From NCBI GenBank assembly GCA_002189035.1, contig NEEC01000015.1:1550001-1614000 (forward strand): a stretch of 64,000 bases of DNA, written 5' to 3'. This stretch comes from Utricularia gibba (Eukaryota > Plantae > Magnoliophyta). The notes beneath the pieces are model-generated. The model saw only the letters and a list, made by a program, of their open reading frames with translations, ran no database searches and was not told the origin of the DNA. Positions 44,241 to 57,187 of this stretch are shown here, one piece after another. Position numbers and translations under genes: made by a program. Each line of letters opens with the position of its first letter. Positions within the stretch are counted from its first letter, which is position 1.

Positions 44241-47200
44241 TCAAATTGCCTCATAGAACAAAATATAAGCTTCACAACGCAGAACCTCTTCAAACGAAGT
44301 CTCACGGATATGTGCATCGCTTGCGTAATACCAAACACAGTCTCCATTACCTTTGGTAGCTCGCACATAAGCAATGTAGTGGCCAAATCTCATGGTTCCT
44401 GAATGTTCCACTACTCCAACAAGCCGATACTTGACCATATCCCATTCACACCTGTTAAAAAAGAGGACACGTCAAGAAAAAAACATGGATGCAGCACATG
44501 CTGGTGCACTATGGTGACTGAAGTTTGGTCTTCTAACGGTGATCAGAATGATGAATACTGAAAGTGTAAGGAAACAACAACGAATTATACAATAGTAATG
44601 TTGAAGAATAACTCTACTGATAAAAAAAATCTGTTGAAGAATAACTCATAAGGTAATGGAACATGAGAAGGAAATAGACTTGGGATAATGAGCTCTATAA
44701 CAAGAATTTACCAAGAGATGAAAAAGAAAACATGCCAACAAACCTGGGATCCATATACGGTCGGAGATTGATTATCTCTCTGAAGCTCACATGGCCATTC
44801 AATTTACTCAGGCGACCTTGAACATCTTGACAAAATCTCTTTAGATGGATGGTCAAGACAGAAGGAGCCTTGTTAATAAGAATAGTCTTAGTAGCATCCC
44901 TCTTCACCTTCAGATTTTCCACGTTTAGCACCTCTTCATTACATACACCTGATTCACACTTGGAAGGCTGAATCCTGCTGCTTGACAACGCATCCTCATC
45001 AGATCCACAATCCTCATGGATAGGGCTGCAAATCTGAGCAGCTCTATGCAAATTTGGCAACTTTGAATCAGGTTCCAAGCAATTTCCAATCAGAGGATTT
45101 CTTGTTTCACAAACATCTACATCAAGAGACAGTGTATTGACATCAGAGGAATCAACAACATCTTGGTGATGAATATCAGTTACGGTGATTTGTTTGCTGG
45201 CATCCTGATGAAATACTTGAAGACTGCATGGATTTTCGTAACAAGAATCATTGGGTAGATCGGAGGTACCCATTTGCATGTTCTTCCTTGATCGGTCTAT
45301 CTTTTCTTGCAAAACCTTTGAGCAATTATCACACTGCCAAGCATGCTCATCTTTTGAGAGTAGTTCTGGTTTCATAAAACATGCTATGCAACTCTCAACA
45401 GACACGGGGTCCTCGTCATTGTCAACTTCATTTGGTTCAGACTCGCTACTATCTCCAGTAGTTCCAGTTCTAGTGATATTACTTGCATCAGAAAGAGAAT
45501 GAGTGGGTGGCTTACTCTCCAAGGAAACTTCAGGCTCGTTAAATAAATCTGCAAACCCGCTAAAATCAAGGACATCTTGATTATCACTGATCACTTCAGA
45601 CAAGACCTCATTCTCCGTTCTGATCACCTCGACACTAGATGTAAGATCTTTAATCGATGCTGAATCCTGAATTTCTGGAGAGTTTTCAAAGGCCCTTACA
45701 GAAGCACTATGAACTTCCCCAGGTGACTCAGTTCTATGCCTCGCACTTGCATCAAACTGAGAATTCCGTTCAGTAAATGAATCCCCCGAGTTTGATTCAA
45801 TTATCAGGTCTTCTTTTTCCTCAAAAGAGCAAAAACCATTTTCTGTCACAAAATTTCCACCAGGAAGTAAGTTAGCTTGGCTTTGATGCATGCTTGTTAA
45901 TGAAGCAGAATCCCCTCTACTGCTCTCTGAGACATGGCATATAGGAGGAGGCAACACGCCGTCATTCAGAGTAGGAGGTACACTTCCATTCAAAGCAAAC
46001 TCATACGTTGACATTTTACCTCCATCTACTTCATTTGAAATTTCAGGGGTAACACCATATGTCTCAGGATGATCCGACACTGTCAAACTACCAATAATTA
46101 ACAAGGGATCACTAGGATCCTTCACCCCTGGCGCTTCATTTGGTGCAATATAGTCCAGCCATGAAAAGTCATCAAAACTTGGGTTACCAACAGTGTTGGC
46201 TGCTTGATTGTTATTGGAATCCTTAATGGCTGAAAGGTCACCAGTGGTTAAACCCATATCAAGGACTATATTCTCAGAAAAAATGGAACTCGATGATGCA
46301 GAATCACCAAAAGTTAACAATGGCTGCTCTCCTGGTTGTATTGATGGTTGAGTTTCAGGATCATACTCACCAACAGTTGGCTTATCAGAAGACTTTTCTC
46401 CCTGCAAGCCACAGACTAGTCTGTTAGCTTTGGAGAGGTTCCTTCCACTTCTCCTAGGGGGCAATTTCTGCTTCTTGCCTTGTGTTACCAGAGAAGCCCG
46501 CTTTGATGGGCCCTTCTTGATAGGAACTGGCAGCGAAAGATCCAAAAATGGCTCATAAATAGTCGAAGCATGCCCACATTTTAAACAGCTAACAGTACTA
46601 GAAAGCTTCCCGCCAAAGATGGCATCCACAAATGAAGAATCTATGAGAGAACCCTGGGAAGATTTGATGACTTTTTTAGAACCTAATTCTTCATTAGATA
46701 GACTTTCAAGCAAGCATCTGAGCAACTCATGGCTATCATGTTGCTGATAACCTTTAAACTGCGGAGCCTTAATACAAAGACTGCTAAGCAAAGATTTAGG
46801 GTCAATGGCTCCTCTTAAGCCTGGCCCATTACTGGTTTCAAGAAATAGCTTTCTCAGTGAAGAACTTATAGGACCAAAGGACTCATCTAATTTGAGGAAA
46901 TGGTCCCTTACCTTACTAAGAGCCAACAAATTCTGCACGACTGAATTAAAGAAACAGGTATTTCCCAAATTTACCAAACCTCTTACAATACATGCAGACT
47001 TCCCATCAGCGCTTGTGTTTGAAGAATCCCCTTTTATGTTATTGGTGTCTCTGCCAAACCGACTATCCTCCATGTCAACAGAAGATTTCTCGGAAGGGCC
47101 ATCTTTTAAAATCTTTACAGCCTCATTTAAGACATCTTTATTCACACCATCATCAAACTTAGCAGCATGGATCAACTTATCACACAGAAAACACCAAATT

Positions 47201-47655
47201 AGTTGATGATTTTCATAATGAACCACCAATGGATGATGGTTCTGCTTTGCATGCCGAAAAGAATGGCTCTGAGGCGTAGTGGGTAAGCCAATACCTCCAC
47301 ATGAAAAATGACCGCAGGACAAACATACCCAAATTGATTTCAACTCTGAGTTTGAATTGTTTCCCCCTTTCTTCCCAGTTTTTCCTTTTCCTTTTTTTGC
47401 CTTTCTATCGCCACTGGTTCCCTGACAATCCTCACATTTACTAGATGTGGAAGAACCAAGTTTTTCATTAAGTTTATCTAGAGTGACTCCTCTGCCGATG
47501 TGTGGACAAGGTTCCCTATCTTTTCGCTTTCCAGCTTCACCATTCGGGGAAGGAAGATTATGAGGGCCCGATTCAGATGATGTTTTTTTGTCTGATGATG
47601 GACTCTGTTTTTCCTTGTGAACACCTTTACCTCTCTTCTTCACATTTTTCGCCAT
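44241..47655 (-). CDS. UBP2: Ubiquitin carboxyl-terminal hydrolase of the UBP1/UBP2 (USP16/45) type with ZnF-UBP domain
   Basis: Exons 47655-44744 and 44451-44241. ZnF CPH...WVCLSCGHFSCGG; Cys box GLVNLGNTCFFNSVVQNL; QQHDSHELLR; LTIHLKRF; His box GHYIAYV...WYYASD. UBP1 versus UBP2 is not resolved. Confidence 0.92.
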
Positions 47656-49294
47656 TACACCCTACACAACGTTCAATGAAATTTTCAAATGTATGTCACC
47701 ATTAGTATCAACATGCATTCTGAGGAAAAGGATCAAACATATCTGATGGACTTCAAATGACAGGGAAGTGACGTAAACAAGCCAACGTCACAATGAAAGC
47801 TAGGAAATAAGTGATAAGCGCTGAAGGGCTAACTAAATTTGAAGACTGCAACTTAAGAAGAATTTAAATGGCACGTTTATAGATTACATCACCAAAATCT
47901 TAAATTGTAAAGCTGCTAGCACCTGTTTACTCTAATGATGCTTGACACGAAAGAACTTATCAACCCAAAAATCGAGCATAATTAGGCATTTTCCACTTCA
48001 AAGGAAACATAAGTCCGCAAGGCATCAACTAAAAATTACCTTAACTCTCACTTCATTAGTTCGTTTTTGTTCCCCTTCTTTGTTTTTCCGTGTGCTCCTG
48101 GAAAATCAAAGGCTTCAATGCTAATGGAAAGGTAGCATTTTTCCCAGTAAAATGTCAAGAAAAAAAAAGAAACCAGCACATCCAATGAGAGCATCATATC
48201 ACTTGAAGAAGAATTAGGTCTACAAATATAACTATTACCCAAATTCTCGTAGCTGCTCAAATTTTCTTCTGATGAAGACAGAATCGAACCCTTGAAATTT
48301 TCTGATCTGACAGGTACCTAGGCATTACTATGAAATGCCATGATAAGAATTGTTCTCCAATTAGTCATAACAGCTAACTAATCAGAATCATAGGTAAAAA
48401 TACATGCAAGAAAACTGATCACTCTTAAGGCCTCAGATGCACAGCAATGGAGCCAAAAGAACAAAAGGTTATAATATCCTTAATTCGAAACCATGAGGAT
48501 TTCATGCGCCATCGAAGAAATGGCAAATGAAGGCAATGAAATCAGACTAAATAAATAAGTTACACCACAAAAATATAATTCAATTTGTATCCACAATGAA
48601 ACTCATGATGTTTATGGCATACCAACTGCATTTGGTCAACCTGCAGCTTGCTTTCATTTGTGATCCAGTTCATATCAGTGTCAGGATTGCCTGGAAACAC
48701 ACGTTAAGACAGGAAAAATATAAAGAGTCGTGAACCACAAAGAAGAAGCTCATTCCATATTCCAATGATTATAGATTAGGGTCTTTTAATGGATGGATTT
48801 AATGACCCATTCTCTTAATGATCTGGAATGCAGTATGCATAGCCTACAATTCAACAGAGAAGTCACAGAATACGCAGTGCAGTTCATATTTTCAACAAGG
48901 ACACCAAAAAAGAAAAAAGAGAAAAGCAATCATATACAAAAAGCTTTGGAAAAATAATCAGCCGACGGAGAAAAAATGAAAAAACCCCGCATTAGAGACA
49001 GTTACAATTTTACTAAGCAAGCGTAATAGCACACCAAAACACCCAACCGCAAGGGTAAGCGGAAGCTTATTTCATATTTGACCTGCAAGACCTGCGTAGC
49101 ATTATTTGCAAACGCTTCGATCATTTGAGAAAAAACCACCAGACGCGATTCAATACCAGCCAGAAGCTTGCCAATGCAATTAAAATCTGGGTGGGGAGAA
49201 AACGAAAACCCAACTGCAATACGGCGGAAACAGGAAAAAATCGCCACGCCACCGGGCGGCGGAGAGGCTGAATACTTGACTGGATTTCGCGATC

Positions 49295-49352
49295 GGCCCA
49301 CTTGATTAAAAAATAAGGCTCAATTGTTTTAGAAAACCGTAATGGCGGCCCA
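49295..49352. promoter_or_regulatory. Compact bidirectional promoter with two site-II motifs (GGCCCA)
   Basis: GGCCCA at 49295-49300 and 49347-49352, between the divergent 5' leaders of the UBP gene and the 50044 gene. Confidence 0.5.
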
Positions 49353-50043
49353 ATACAGAAAGTTTTGAGACCCACTGACTTCACTTCCCCTCATTCTCCT
49401 CGAAATCTGTTGTTCGGCGTAAGTATCTTTGCTTACAAACTTGGCTTTTTCTTTATCGTAGCTTACTGCAATGCATTTCTGGTGATTCGCCGCTTTCAGC
49501 AAAATCGGTTTCTTCTTTTGGTTTTTTCCTTGTACCGCATCGTATAGTCATGATTTTTGTATTGTTTTTTGCTTCTTTCTTCTGAGAGAAGCAGGTGAAG
49601 GAAGCTAAGAGAGAAAGTAGATGCTCTCGTTTTCAGTGTTTCACCAGGCAGTATTGACCTGTTTTCATCCTTGAGCGCGTATGCCAATTTCTTAGCGCCT
49701 TTTTGTGCTATCCACAGTTGCGATTTGGAAAACCCCTGATCACCCTTTGTTAAAATTGGAGTCGCTTTGTGCATGTGAATGTGGTAAGCTTTTCAGTCTT
49801 GGTTTATTTTCTAAACCTTGAGTTGGGAAATGGTGTTATGTTAAGCCAAATTCTGGAGTAAATCGGAGTTATACGAGGTTATGTAGCACTACAGAGCATG
49901 CATTTTGTCTCTGAGTTGATGAGTTGTGCGGTTGTCTTGGATCATGTGGACTATTGAAAGTTGCTCTTGTTTGAGAGGTTCTGCTAATCCAGAACACATA
50001 AACAATGTTAACATGCATACCCTGTTGCAGAGAAGGCAGAATT

Positions 50044-50397
50044 ATGGCAAGCAAGCAACAAGAAGGTCATCAAGGTTCCAATGCTACTACTGAAGAAAGT
50101 TCAGTAGCTGTTGATTTGACCGGAAGAATATCAGAGCAGCTCAAGAAAATGAAGGAGCATGCTGAAACTTATCCATATGTTTGGGCATCATATGCTTTTG
50201 TGTATGGAACTTTAGGATTTTGGCTCACATACAGGTGGAGAAAACTACGGAAAACTGAAGACAATGTGAGGGTTCTTCAAGAAAGGCTTCGTAAGCTTGT
50301 TGAAATGGAGGAAACAAGTGCCACTACAATCTCCACAGACCAGCAGCCAGTGAACTCCAATGACTCGCCTTCATCTTCTGAGAAATCTGCAAAATAG
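50044..50397 (+). CDS. Small (117 aa) uncharacterised protein with one predicted TM segment and a coiled coil
   Basis: ATG 50044 follows an acceptor (TTGCAG ~50030) of a leader intron with donor GTAAGT at ~49419. Core KEHAETYPYVWASYAFVYGTLGFWLTYRWRKLRKTEDNVRVLQERLRKLVE resembles a conserved plant unknown protein (recalled, not searched). Confidence 0.75.
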   Translation: MASKQQEGHQGSNATTEESSVAVDLTGRISEQLKKMKEHAETYPYVWASYAFVYGTLGFWLTYRWRKLRKTEDNVRVLQERLRKLVEMEETSATTISTDQQPVNSNDSPSSSEKSAK

Positions 50398-51433
50398 GTA
50401 ATTTTTCACTGTCAGCAACATCACTTGCTGCCTATTACATCACAAGAACATTCTCAACAAACTTCTTAGCTTAATAGAAGGCTTCACCAAACTTTTTGGA
50501 CCATTGCCTGGTGATAGTTTTTTTTTTCATTTTTCCTTTCAATACCAGTGTAATAAATACTATGTTAGAAATTTTTCAGTATTTCCCAACATTTGTGTTA
50601 ATTTATATTCTTCACTGGTCTTTGTATACACTTGTTCACTTTTTTCAGCATTTTTGGATGAGTCTGTATGCACTTCCCATATCTCCTGAGTAAGTTCTAG
50701 TCATAGATTGGCAACAACAACATATTTGATCGGTGCCTAGAGTACAAGAACAGCTCTTCTATCCTTGAACAGAGGATTTATAGGAGGGATAATGTTTTCT
50801 ACTGCACTCTTGCGGTTTCTGGGCTGTGGCAACGTATACTTCCTCATTGTACAATGCGGTTGCAGTTTATTTGTCCAAAAAGAAATATGATTTACAAAAC
50901 AGACCCCTACTAAATTAAATCCCAAAAAGCAAAAATGGAAATCGGAAATATAAAGGAAGGCCCCTGGGTCTTAGAACCTTAGTTATAAACTTGAAACCTT
51001 GAAAAACAAGGGAATAATTAAGTGATGTAGTTATGAAATGATTTATACACGATATTATCTATTTTGAATAAATATTTTTAATTTGGAAATTTCTATCAAT
51101 AACCCTTGGTTGTATTTGCAAAAAAAAATTAATACAAAGTTTACGTTGTCATTCTATTCAATCTCATATTATTCTATAAGTGATGTGATAATTGGGTAAG
51201 TCACTTCCGGGCTTCCTGGCGGTGCCTGAGAGAGTTTGGCGTGGGTTGGTAAGCGAACCTTGGAGCCTGACTGACTTTCGTAAACTACCCATCCTTGGGA
51301 TGTGACGTGTGAACCAAGGGTTGAGTCCTATTATAATTTCATGGACAATAAGTTTTCAATAATCATCATATTAACTTGATATTTGAGAAACAAAGTATAG
51401 GGGGTGGGGTCCCACCAGGATGTGAACGAGGAC

Positions 51434-51463
51434 CTTCTTCTTCTTCTTCTTCTTCTTCTTCTT
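51434..51463 (+). repeat. (CTT)10 microsatellite
   Basis: Directly visible. Confidence 0.9.
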
Positions 51464-51783
51464 TCTCCTCTTCTTCCGTGGAGTGTGGCGACACAGACGG
51501 ACGGCGTGGACAAATTCCACCTAATCAAATCAACCTTCTTCCATTGCTTTTCCGCCCAAAAGTCAAACTGCCGCACTTTTAAGATAATTTTGGATGGGAT
51601 GGGATGGGATGATTTACGAGTAAACATTCATATTTTGTACTACCAATTAAATATCTAATTATTTTTATTATTTTAAAAAATATTCTTTAATTATCAAATT
51701 TTCTATTTTTAAATAATCATTTTTTAAATAACAATCTCTATTAAATTAGGGCTTAGTCTCCATACACAAGTTTAATCTCTCAG

Positions 51784-51829
51784 TTATTTTATTAAATTTG
51801 ATTTATACATATCAAATTTAATAAAATAA
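51784..51829. repeat. Perfect 19-bp inverted repeat with 8-nt spacer
   Basis: TTATTTTATTAAATTTGAT (51784-51802) and ATCAAATTTAATAAAATAA (51811-51829). Confidence 0.85.
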
Positions 51830-52227
51830 TTTTATGAAAAAAAGTATATGGATGTACGATTTAGAAAAATAGTGACCAATTGTTTTTTTTCGCCTTTTGT
51901 ACTCTATACTTCTATAAATAAAAAAAGTATATGAATTCATTTTTCTTTTTTTATTATCATTTAAAAAATAAAAAATGGACTGTGTGCTTTGTTTCTTTTA
52001 GTTGTTATTTTCACATTGATAATGAAACTTCAAGAGAAGTATCAAAGAATTAGGTTGTGGAGATTGTTATTTTCACATCATGGGTGCAAAAAAATTCAAC
52101 TTTGTTTCTTTTTATTATTATTTTTAAAATGCAAAATTCCTGTAATCTCCTGAATTAATTGTCAACCGCCGTTTCTAAAATCTGCTATTCTTTCTTCGCA
52201 CCGCAAGGTGATCGGTGGAGACGGCAA

Positions 52228-54743
52228 ATGACTTTCAGGAAGTTCTGCTTCATTTCACATTCAGAGCTTGATGCTCCTCGAGAGATCGAGCGTCTGAAAG
52301 TATCGTCGCCTGGGTATGTGTCTGGACGACGCTGTGGTGCCTCCGCTGTGGATTTCCTCCGGAGACGCCTCCGCCGCTTCATCCTACGGCGGCACGTATT
52401 TCTCCGGAGGCCGCGCAAAACTCACCCTCCCGGCGGCGTCTTCTTCGACGCTGAAGGAGTCGAGATCGAAAACAAGTTCTTGACCAGAGAGAACCCAAGA
52501 GATTTCAGCTACTCCGAGCTCTACATCGGTACTAATGGCTTCGACGGCAAGGAGGTACTGGGCAGCGGCGGATTCGGCCGAGTTTACAAGGCGATTCTTC
52601 CCAGCGACGGCACGGCGGTCGCCGTTAAGTGCGTGACGGAGAGAGGGGAGAGGTTTGAGAAGACGTTCATGGCTGAGCTGGTGGCGGTGGCCCATCTCCG
52701 TCACCGGAACCTCGTTCGCCTCAGGGGATGGTGTGTTCACGACGGCGAGCTTCTCCTCGTCTACGACTACATGCCTAAAGGCAGCCTGGACAAAGTTCTA
52801 TTCAAGAGCCATGAGAACTTCAAGTCTCCGCCTCTGGATTGGGAGATGCGGCGCAAGATCGTCGACGGTTTAGCAGCAGGACTGAACTATCTCCATGAGA
52901 ATCTTGAAGCTCAGATAATCCACAGGGATGTGAAGACCAGCAATGTGCTCCTTGATTCCCATTTCAACGCAAGATTAGGCGACTTCGGGCTCGCCCGTTG
53001 GCAGGAGCATGATCTTCTCATCAGTGACACCATTTCAAAAACTGCATCACTTTCCTTCAAGAACCAAGATTTTCATCTTGGAGCAACCACCAGGATTGGA
53101 GGGACAGTTGGGTATCTGCCACCTGAAAGCTTTCAGAGGAGAAGTGTCGCATCAGCCAAGTCCGATGTGTTCAGCTTTGGCGTTGTGGTTCTTGAAGTTG
53201 TGTCTGGAAGAAGGGCTGTTGATCTCTCTTTCCCTGATGAGCAGATCATACTCCTTGACTGGATCAGACGTCTCTCGGATGAAGGGGAACTTAGGAGAGC
53301 AGTTGATTCTCGTTTGGTTCCTGAAACCAAGAAAATCGATGAGATGGAGAGAATGATGAAAATTGGTCTGATTTGCACTCACCAAGATCCTCAGTCAAGG
53401 CCAACAATGAAGTGGGTGATGGAGACTCTTTCAAGCAGCAGAACTTTGCCTCCACTTCCATCTTTTGAAGACCACCCTCATTACATTTCCCTCTGTTCTT
53501 CAACTGATACATCCAGCAACAAAACCAAGTATTCGTTCGTCACCAGCACAGGGGAGACGTTGTATTTCACAGCGGAGTCGGAAATGACGAGCGGTGTAGC
53601 TATCAACAAAGAAGACAGGGTGGTACTCCCTGCCCCTGCTGCTGTCCCTGTAGTGGAGACGCCAAGGGTGATATCTTATGAAGAAATCATGGCGGCTACG
53701 AGCAACTTCTCTGAGTCGAACAGGATGGCTGAGGTTGATTTCGGGACAGCTTACCGCGGAGTTCTGGACGGGCGTCACCATGTCATCGTGAAGCGTTTGG
53801 GAATGAAAACATGTCCTGCATTGCGAATGAGGTTCGCCATTGAGTTCAGGAACATGGAGAGGCTTCGTCACCGGAACCTGGTCCAGCTCCGAGGTTGGTG
53901 CACGGAGCAAGGTGAGATGCTCGTGGTGTACGACTTCTCGTCGTCTCGCCTCCTCAGCCACGTCCTCTTCCATCAGCAGCGCACAACCTTACATTGGCAC
54001 CAAAGGTAAGCAACTCATCGGCATCGGCAATTCATCAAACACGCTGTGTACCTTGTTTTTAATTGACCATCAACAACAACAGGTACAAGATCGTGAAGTC
54101 GCTCGCTTCAGCCGTTTGCTATCTCCACGAGGAGTGGGACGAACAGGTGATCCACAGAAACATCACATCCTCAGCGATCATCCTAGACGACGACAGCAAT
54201 CCCAGACTGGGATCATTCGCACTGGCCGAGTTTCTAACAAGAAACGAACACGGAAACCCACACGTAGTCCTCGACAGAAGAAGATCCGTTCGTGGGATAT
54301 TCGGATACATCTCAACAGAGTACAACGACTCCGGCGAAGCAAGCACAATGGCAGACGTTTACAGTTACGGCGTGGTGGTGCTGGAGGTAGTGACGGGCCA
54401 CAAAGCAGTGGATTTCCGGCAGAAAAGCCCGCTATTAGTGGAGAGAGTGCGTGAATTGGAGGAACAAAAAAGTGGGTCGTACAAAGAAATGGCGGATCGG
54501 AGACTGGGCGGAGAGTACGATGAGAGGGAACTGGAGAGAGTAGTGAGACTGGGGATGGCGTGCACCGTTTCCGATCCGTCGATGAGGCCGACGATGAGGG
54601 AAATAGTGAGGATTCTCGAAGGTCACGATGAGTGGCTCTGGGACAAGTTCGAGGGGAACAAGGAAACCAGACAGGCGTGGCGCCAGAGGAATTCTGCTGC
54701 CTCCAGCCTCGTACGAAGGATTCAAGCCCTCGGTATCAACTGA
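52228..54743 (+). CDS. LECRKS2: Receptor-like protein kinase S.2 type tandem kinase-pseudokinase without ectodomain
   Basis: Exons 52228-54005 and 54083-54743. Kinase 1: LGSGGFGRVYK, VAVK, HRDVKTSN, DFG. Kinase 2: EVDFGTAY, HRNITSSA, GSFALAEF. Ends ...RRIQALGIN*. Confidence 0.88.
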
Positions 54744-55343
54744 CTCAGAATGTCTGCTCTTTCCACTGTTTTTTTTTTTTTTTTGTTTGTAATAAATTGT
54801 CATTATATTCTGAAATAATGGTTCTCTATTCATTTAAAAAATATATAAAATCAAAGAGAAAAAGACAGATAATTACAACAAAACAATTTTTTCTTCCCCC
54901 AATGGTGGGCCCCATAAAACAAGCAAGCCTAAACTCAACAGTATTTGTTTGATAATTGATATAGTACATCAAAATTTTATATTTTATAAAAATGAGGTAA
55001 AATTTAAAAAGAATTGATATTTAGGTTTAATATCCCTCAATAATAAGACATGAATCCCTCATTTTGTGAATTTAATAAAATTTATATTAAGATTCATGTT
55101 ACAATTTTATCTTATATTTATATTACAAAATAATAAAATATATAATTATGACATGATTTGCTGAGATGCTATAGAACATAGACTGGACAAATCCCTCGCC
55201 TAGACAAAGGCAAGGCAGATTTTTAGGGATGTGCCGGAATTGTCGGCACTTATACAGGCGCTGGTCTTGGTTATTGAGTTCTGTGAATGGACAGAGACAG
55301 ACCCCTTGGCGCCATAGTTCTTGCATCGAAGGATTGCTGAACA

Positions 55344-57187
55344 TCAAACACTGCTGATGCGTACGCGTTGCAGCAGCGTCTCCTGGTTGAGTCCATGCAG
55401 AGTGTCGATGAGGTGCATTCGCAGGGAAGCAGGGCCACGAGCCATTTCCATGGCTACCTCAGCTGCGACTCCAAACACAGACAATGCACTTGCAGTAGCC
55501 TCAAGCGGGTGCGTGGGATCAATGGCTACGAAGGCGGTGATCAGTGCGGTGACAGAGCATCCAGTTGCTGTGATCTTTTGCAGCATTGGGTCCCCGTTCT
55601 TGGCGCCTATGATGCGGTGACCGTCTGTAATTATGTCGACTGCTCCGGAGACGGCAACTATGCTCCCTGTCATTTGGGCGAGGCCTTTTGCTGCTTCCAC
55701 TGCATCCGTTGATTCCAGCATGCTATCTACACCCTGGAAAACATACAACCTGAAGCTGGTCATTGCGTGCCATGGCTCATTACAGAAGAACCGAAGAATC
55801 AACCTTTTGTTCTGAACATGCACAACAGATGTAAAGAAAGGAAGCACGGCAGTATGACAGCAGTCTCTGAACACTAGCGTGACTTTTACAACAGCAGCAA
55901 AACATGGAATATAATGACTGCTGATGTAGCCTAGACTGAAAGAAAACAGAAGGTTGCATGTGTATTTGCTTTTTTGTGGAAGAAAATTTTATAGGAAACC
56001 AGAAGAAAAGCCCACAGGTATTAGTGCTGAATCGATCCAATGAAGGTAGTCATCATGCTGAAGTATGAAAATATTAATCCAAACACCTATGCGAAGTGCA
56101 GAAATCAAATTTTGGAGCTTTTGTGAACAGAGGCAACTGTGCTACTGTCATTACTTCAATGAAACACTGTATCCAGCCAAGATCCATTTAGCATTTTTGT
56201 TTCTTCGTTTTGTGTTCCTGCCCAAAAGCTGGCAACTGGGAGAAGAAAGAATTCAATGGAATGAGTTTCATAAGCCATCACTCTGCTTATACGTTGTCTC
56301 TTTCTGCATTTTTTAAGTACCAGGAAGAGATGACCTTCCCGTCCAAATTTTATGCAAAGCAAAGACAATGGAATTTTAAGCTGGAGGGGTTTCTTAAGTG
56401 AAGCAATAAGCTTGTTCTTTGGTGGGTTATTAATAATCTGGTGTGGATCCAATGATGCTTGAATTGTGGGAGAATTTTCCAGTAAAATCACCTTAAAACA
56501 TGCAGGCAAAAGCATACACAGGCAATCAGGATGTCTCACTTCAAGAAAGCAACGCTATACCTGAACATTCATGTTTCCTATGATACTCTACCAGGCCAAC
56601 CACAGAATCATCGTTGAAATCAAAAGACATCAACCGTGATTCACAAATTTCAGTCGAAGAAAAATTATAAAGAAGCTCCTGACGATCAGGTTCATGATAA
56701 AACAATGATCAAAACATCAATATTATAGCCAATTCGAAAGCTACAATTTTACCTTAGAATTTTCGTCCGCGGAGCCCCTGAAGAGAGCCAAAATCTCAGA
56801 CCCGTTGCCCCTCACAACACTGGGTTTCAATTTCAGCAAATCTAAACAGGCCTTCAACCGAAAAGTAGTAGCACCCGCCGCCACCGGGTCCAAGACCCAC
56901 GGCTTGTTGAACCTACTGGCCAGTTCTGCAGCCATCTTCATCGACTGCAGCCACTCCGGTGTAAGCGTTCCAGTGTTGACGTAAACCGCGGCGGTTTTGG
57001 GCGTGAAATCAGGGATCTCCTCAACAGAATGAACCATCGCAGGCGAAGCACCGGCGGCGAGCAGAACGTTGGCAACGATGTCCATGGAGACGAAATTGGT
57101 GATGCATTGAATCAGCGGCATCGCCTTGCCAACAGACTCCAGGTGCGCCCATGCCTGCACGGCCCAGACATCCGTAACTCCGGCCAT
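55344..57187 (-). CDS. THIM: Hydroxyethylthiazole kinase (thiamine salvage)
   Basis: Exons 57187-56753 and 55733-55344, phase 0, 274 aa. PLIQCITNFVSMD, ASPAM, VNTGTL, PWVLDPVAAGA, VRGNGSEI, KITATGCS. Confidence 0.95.

Noticed and set aside
55120-55343. TPP riboswitch in the THIM 3' region
   Set aside because: No CTGAGA/ACCTGA-type aptamer core. The plant TPP riboswitch is established for THIC, not THIM.
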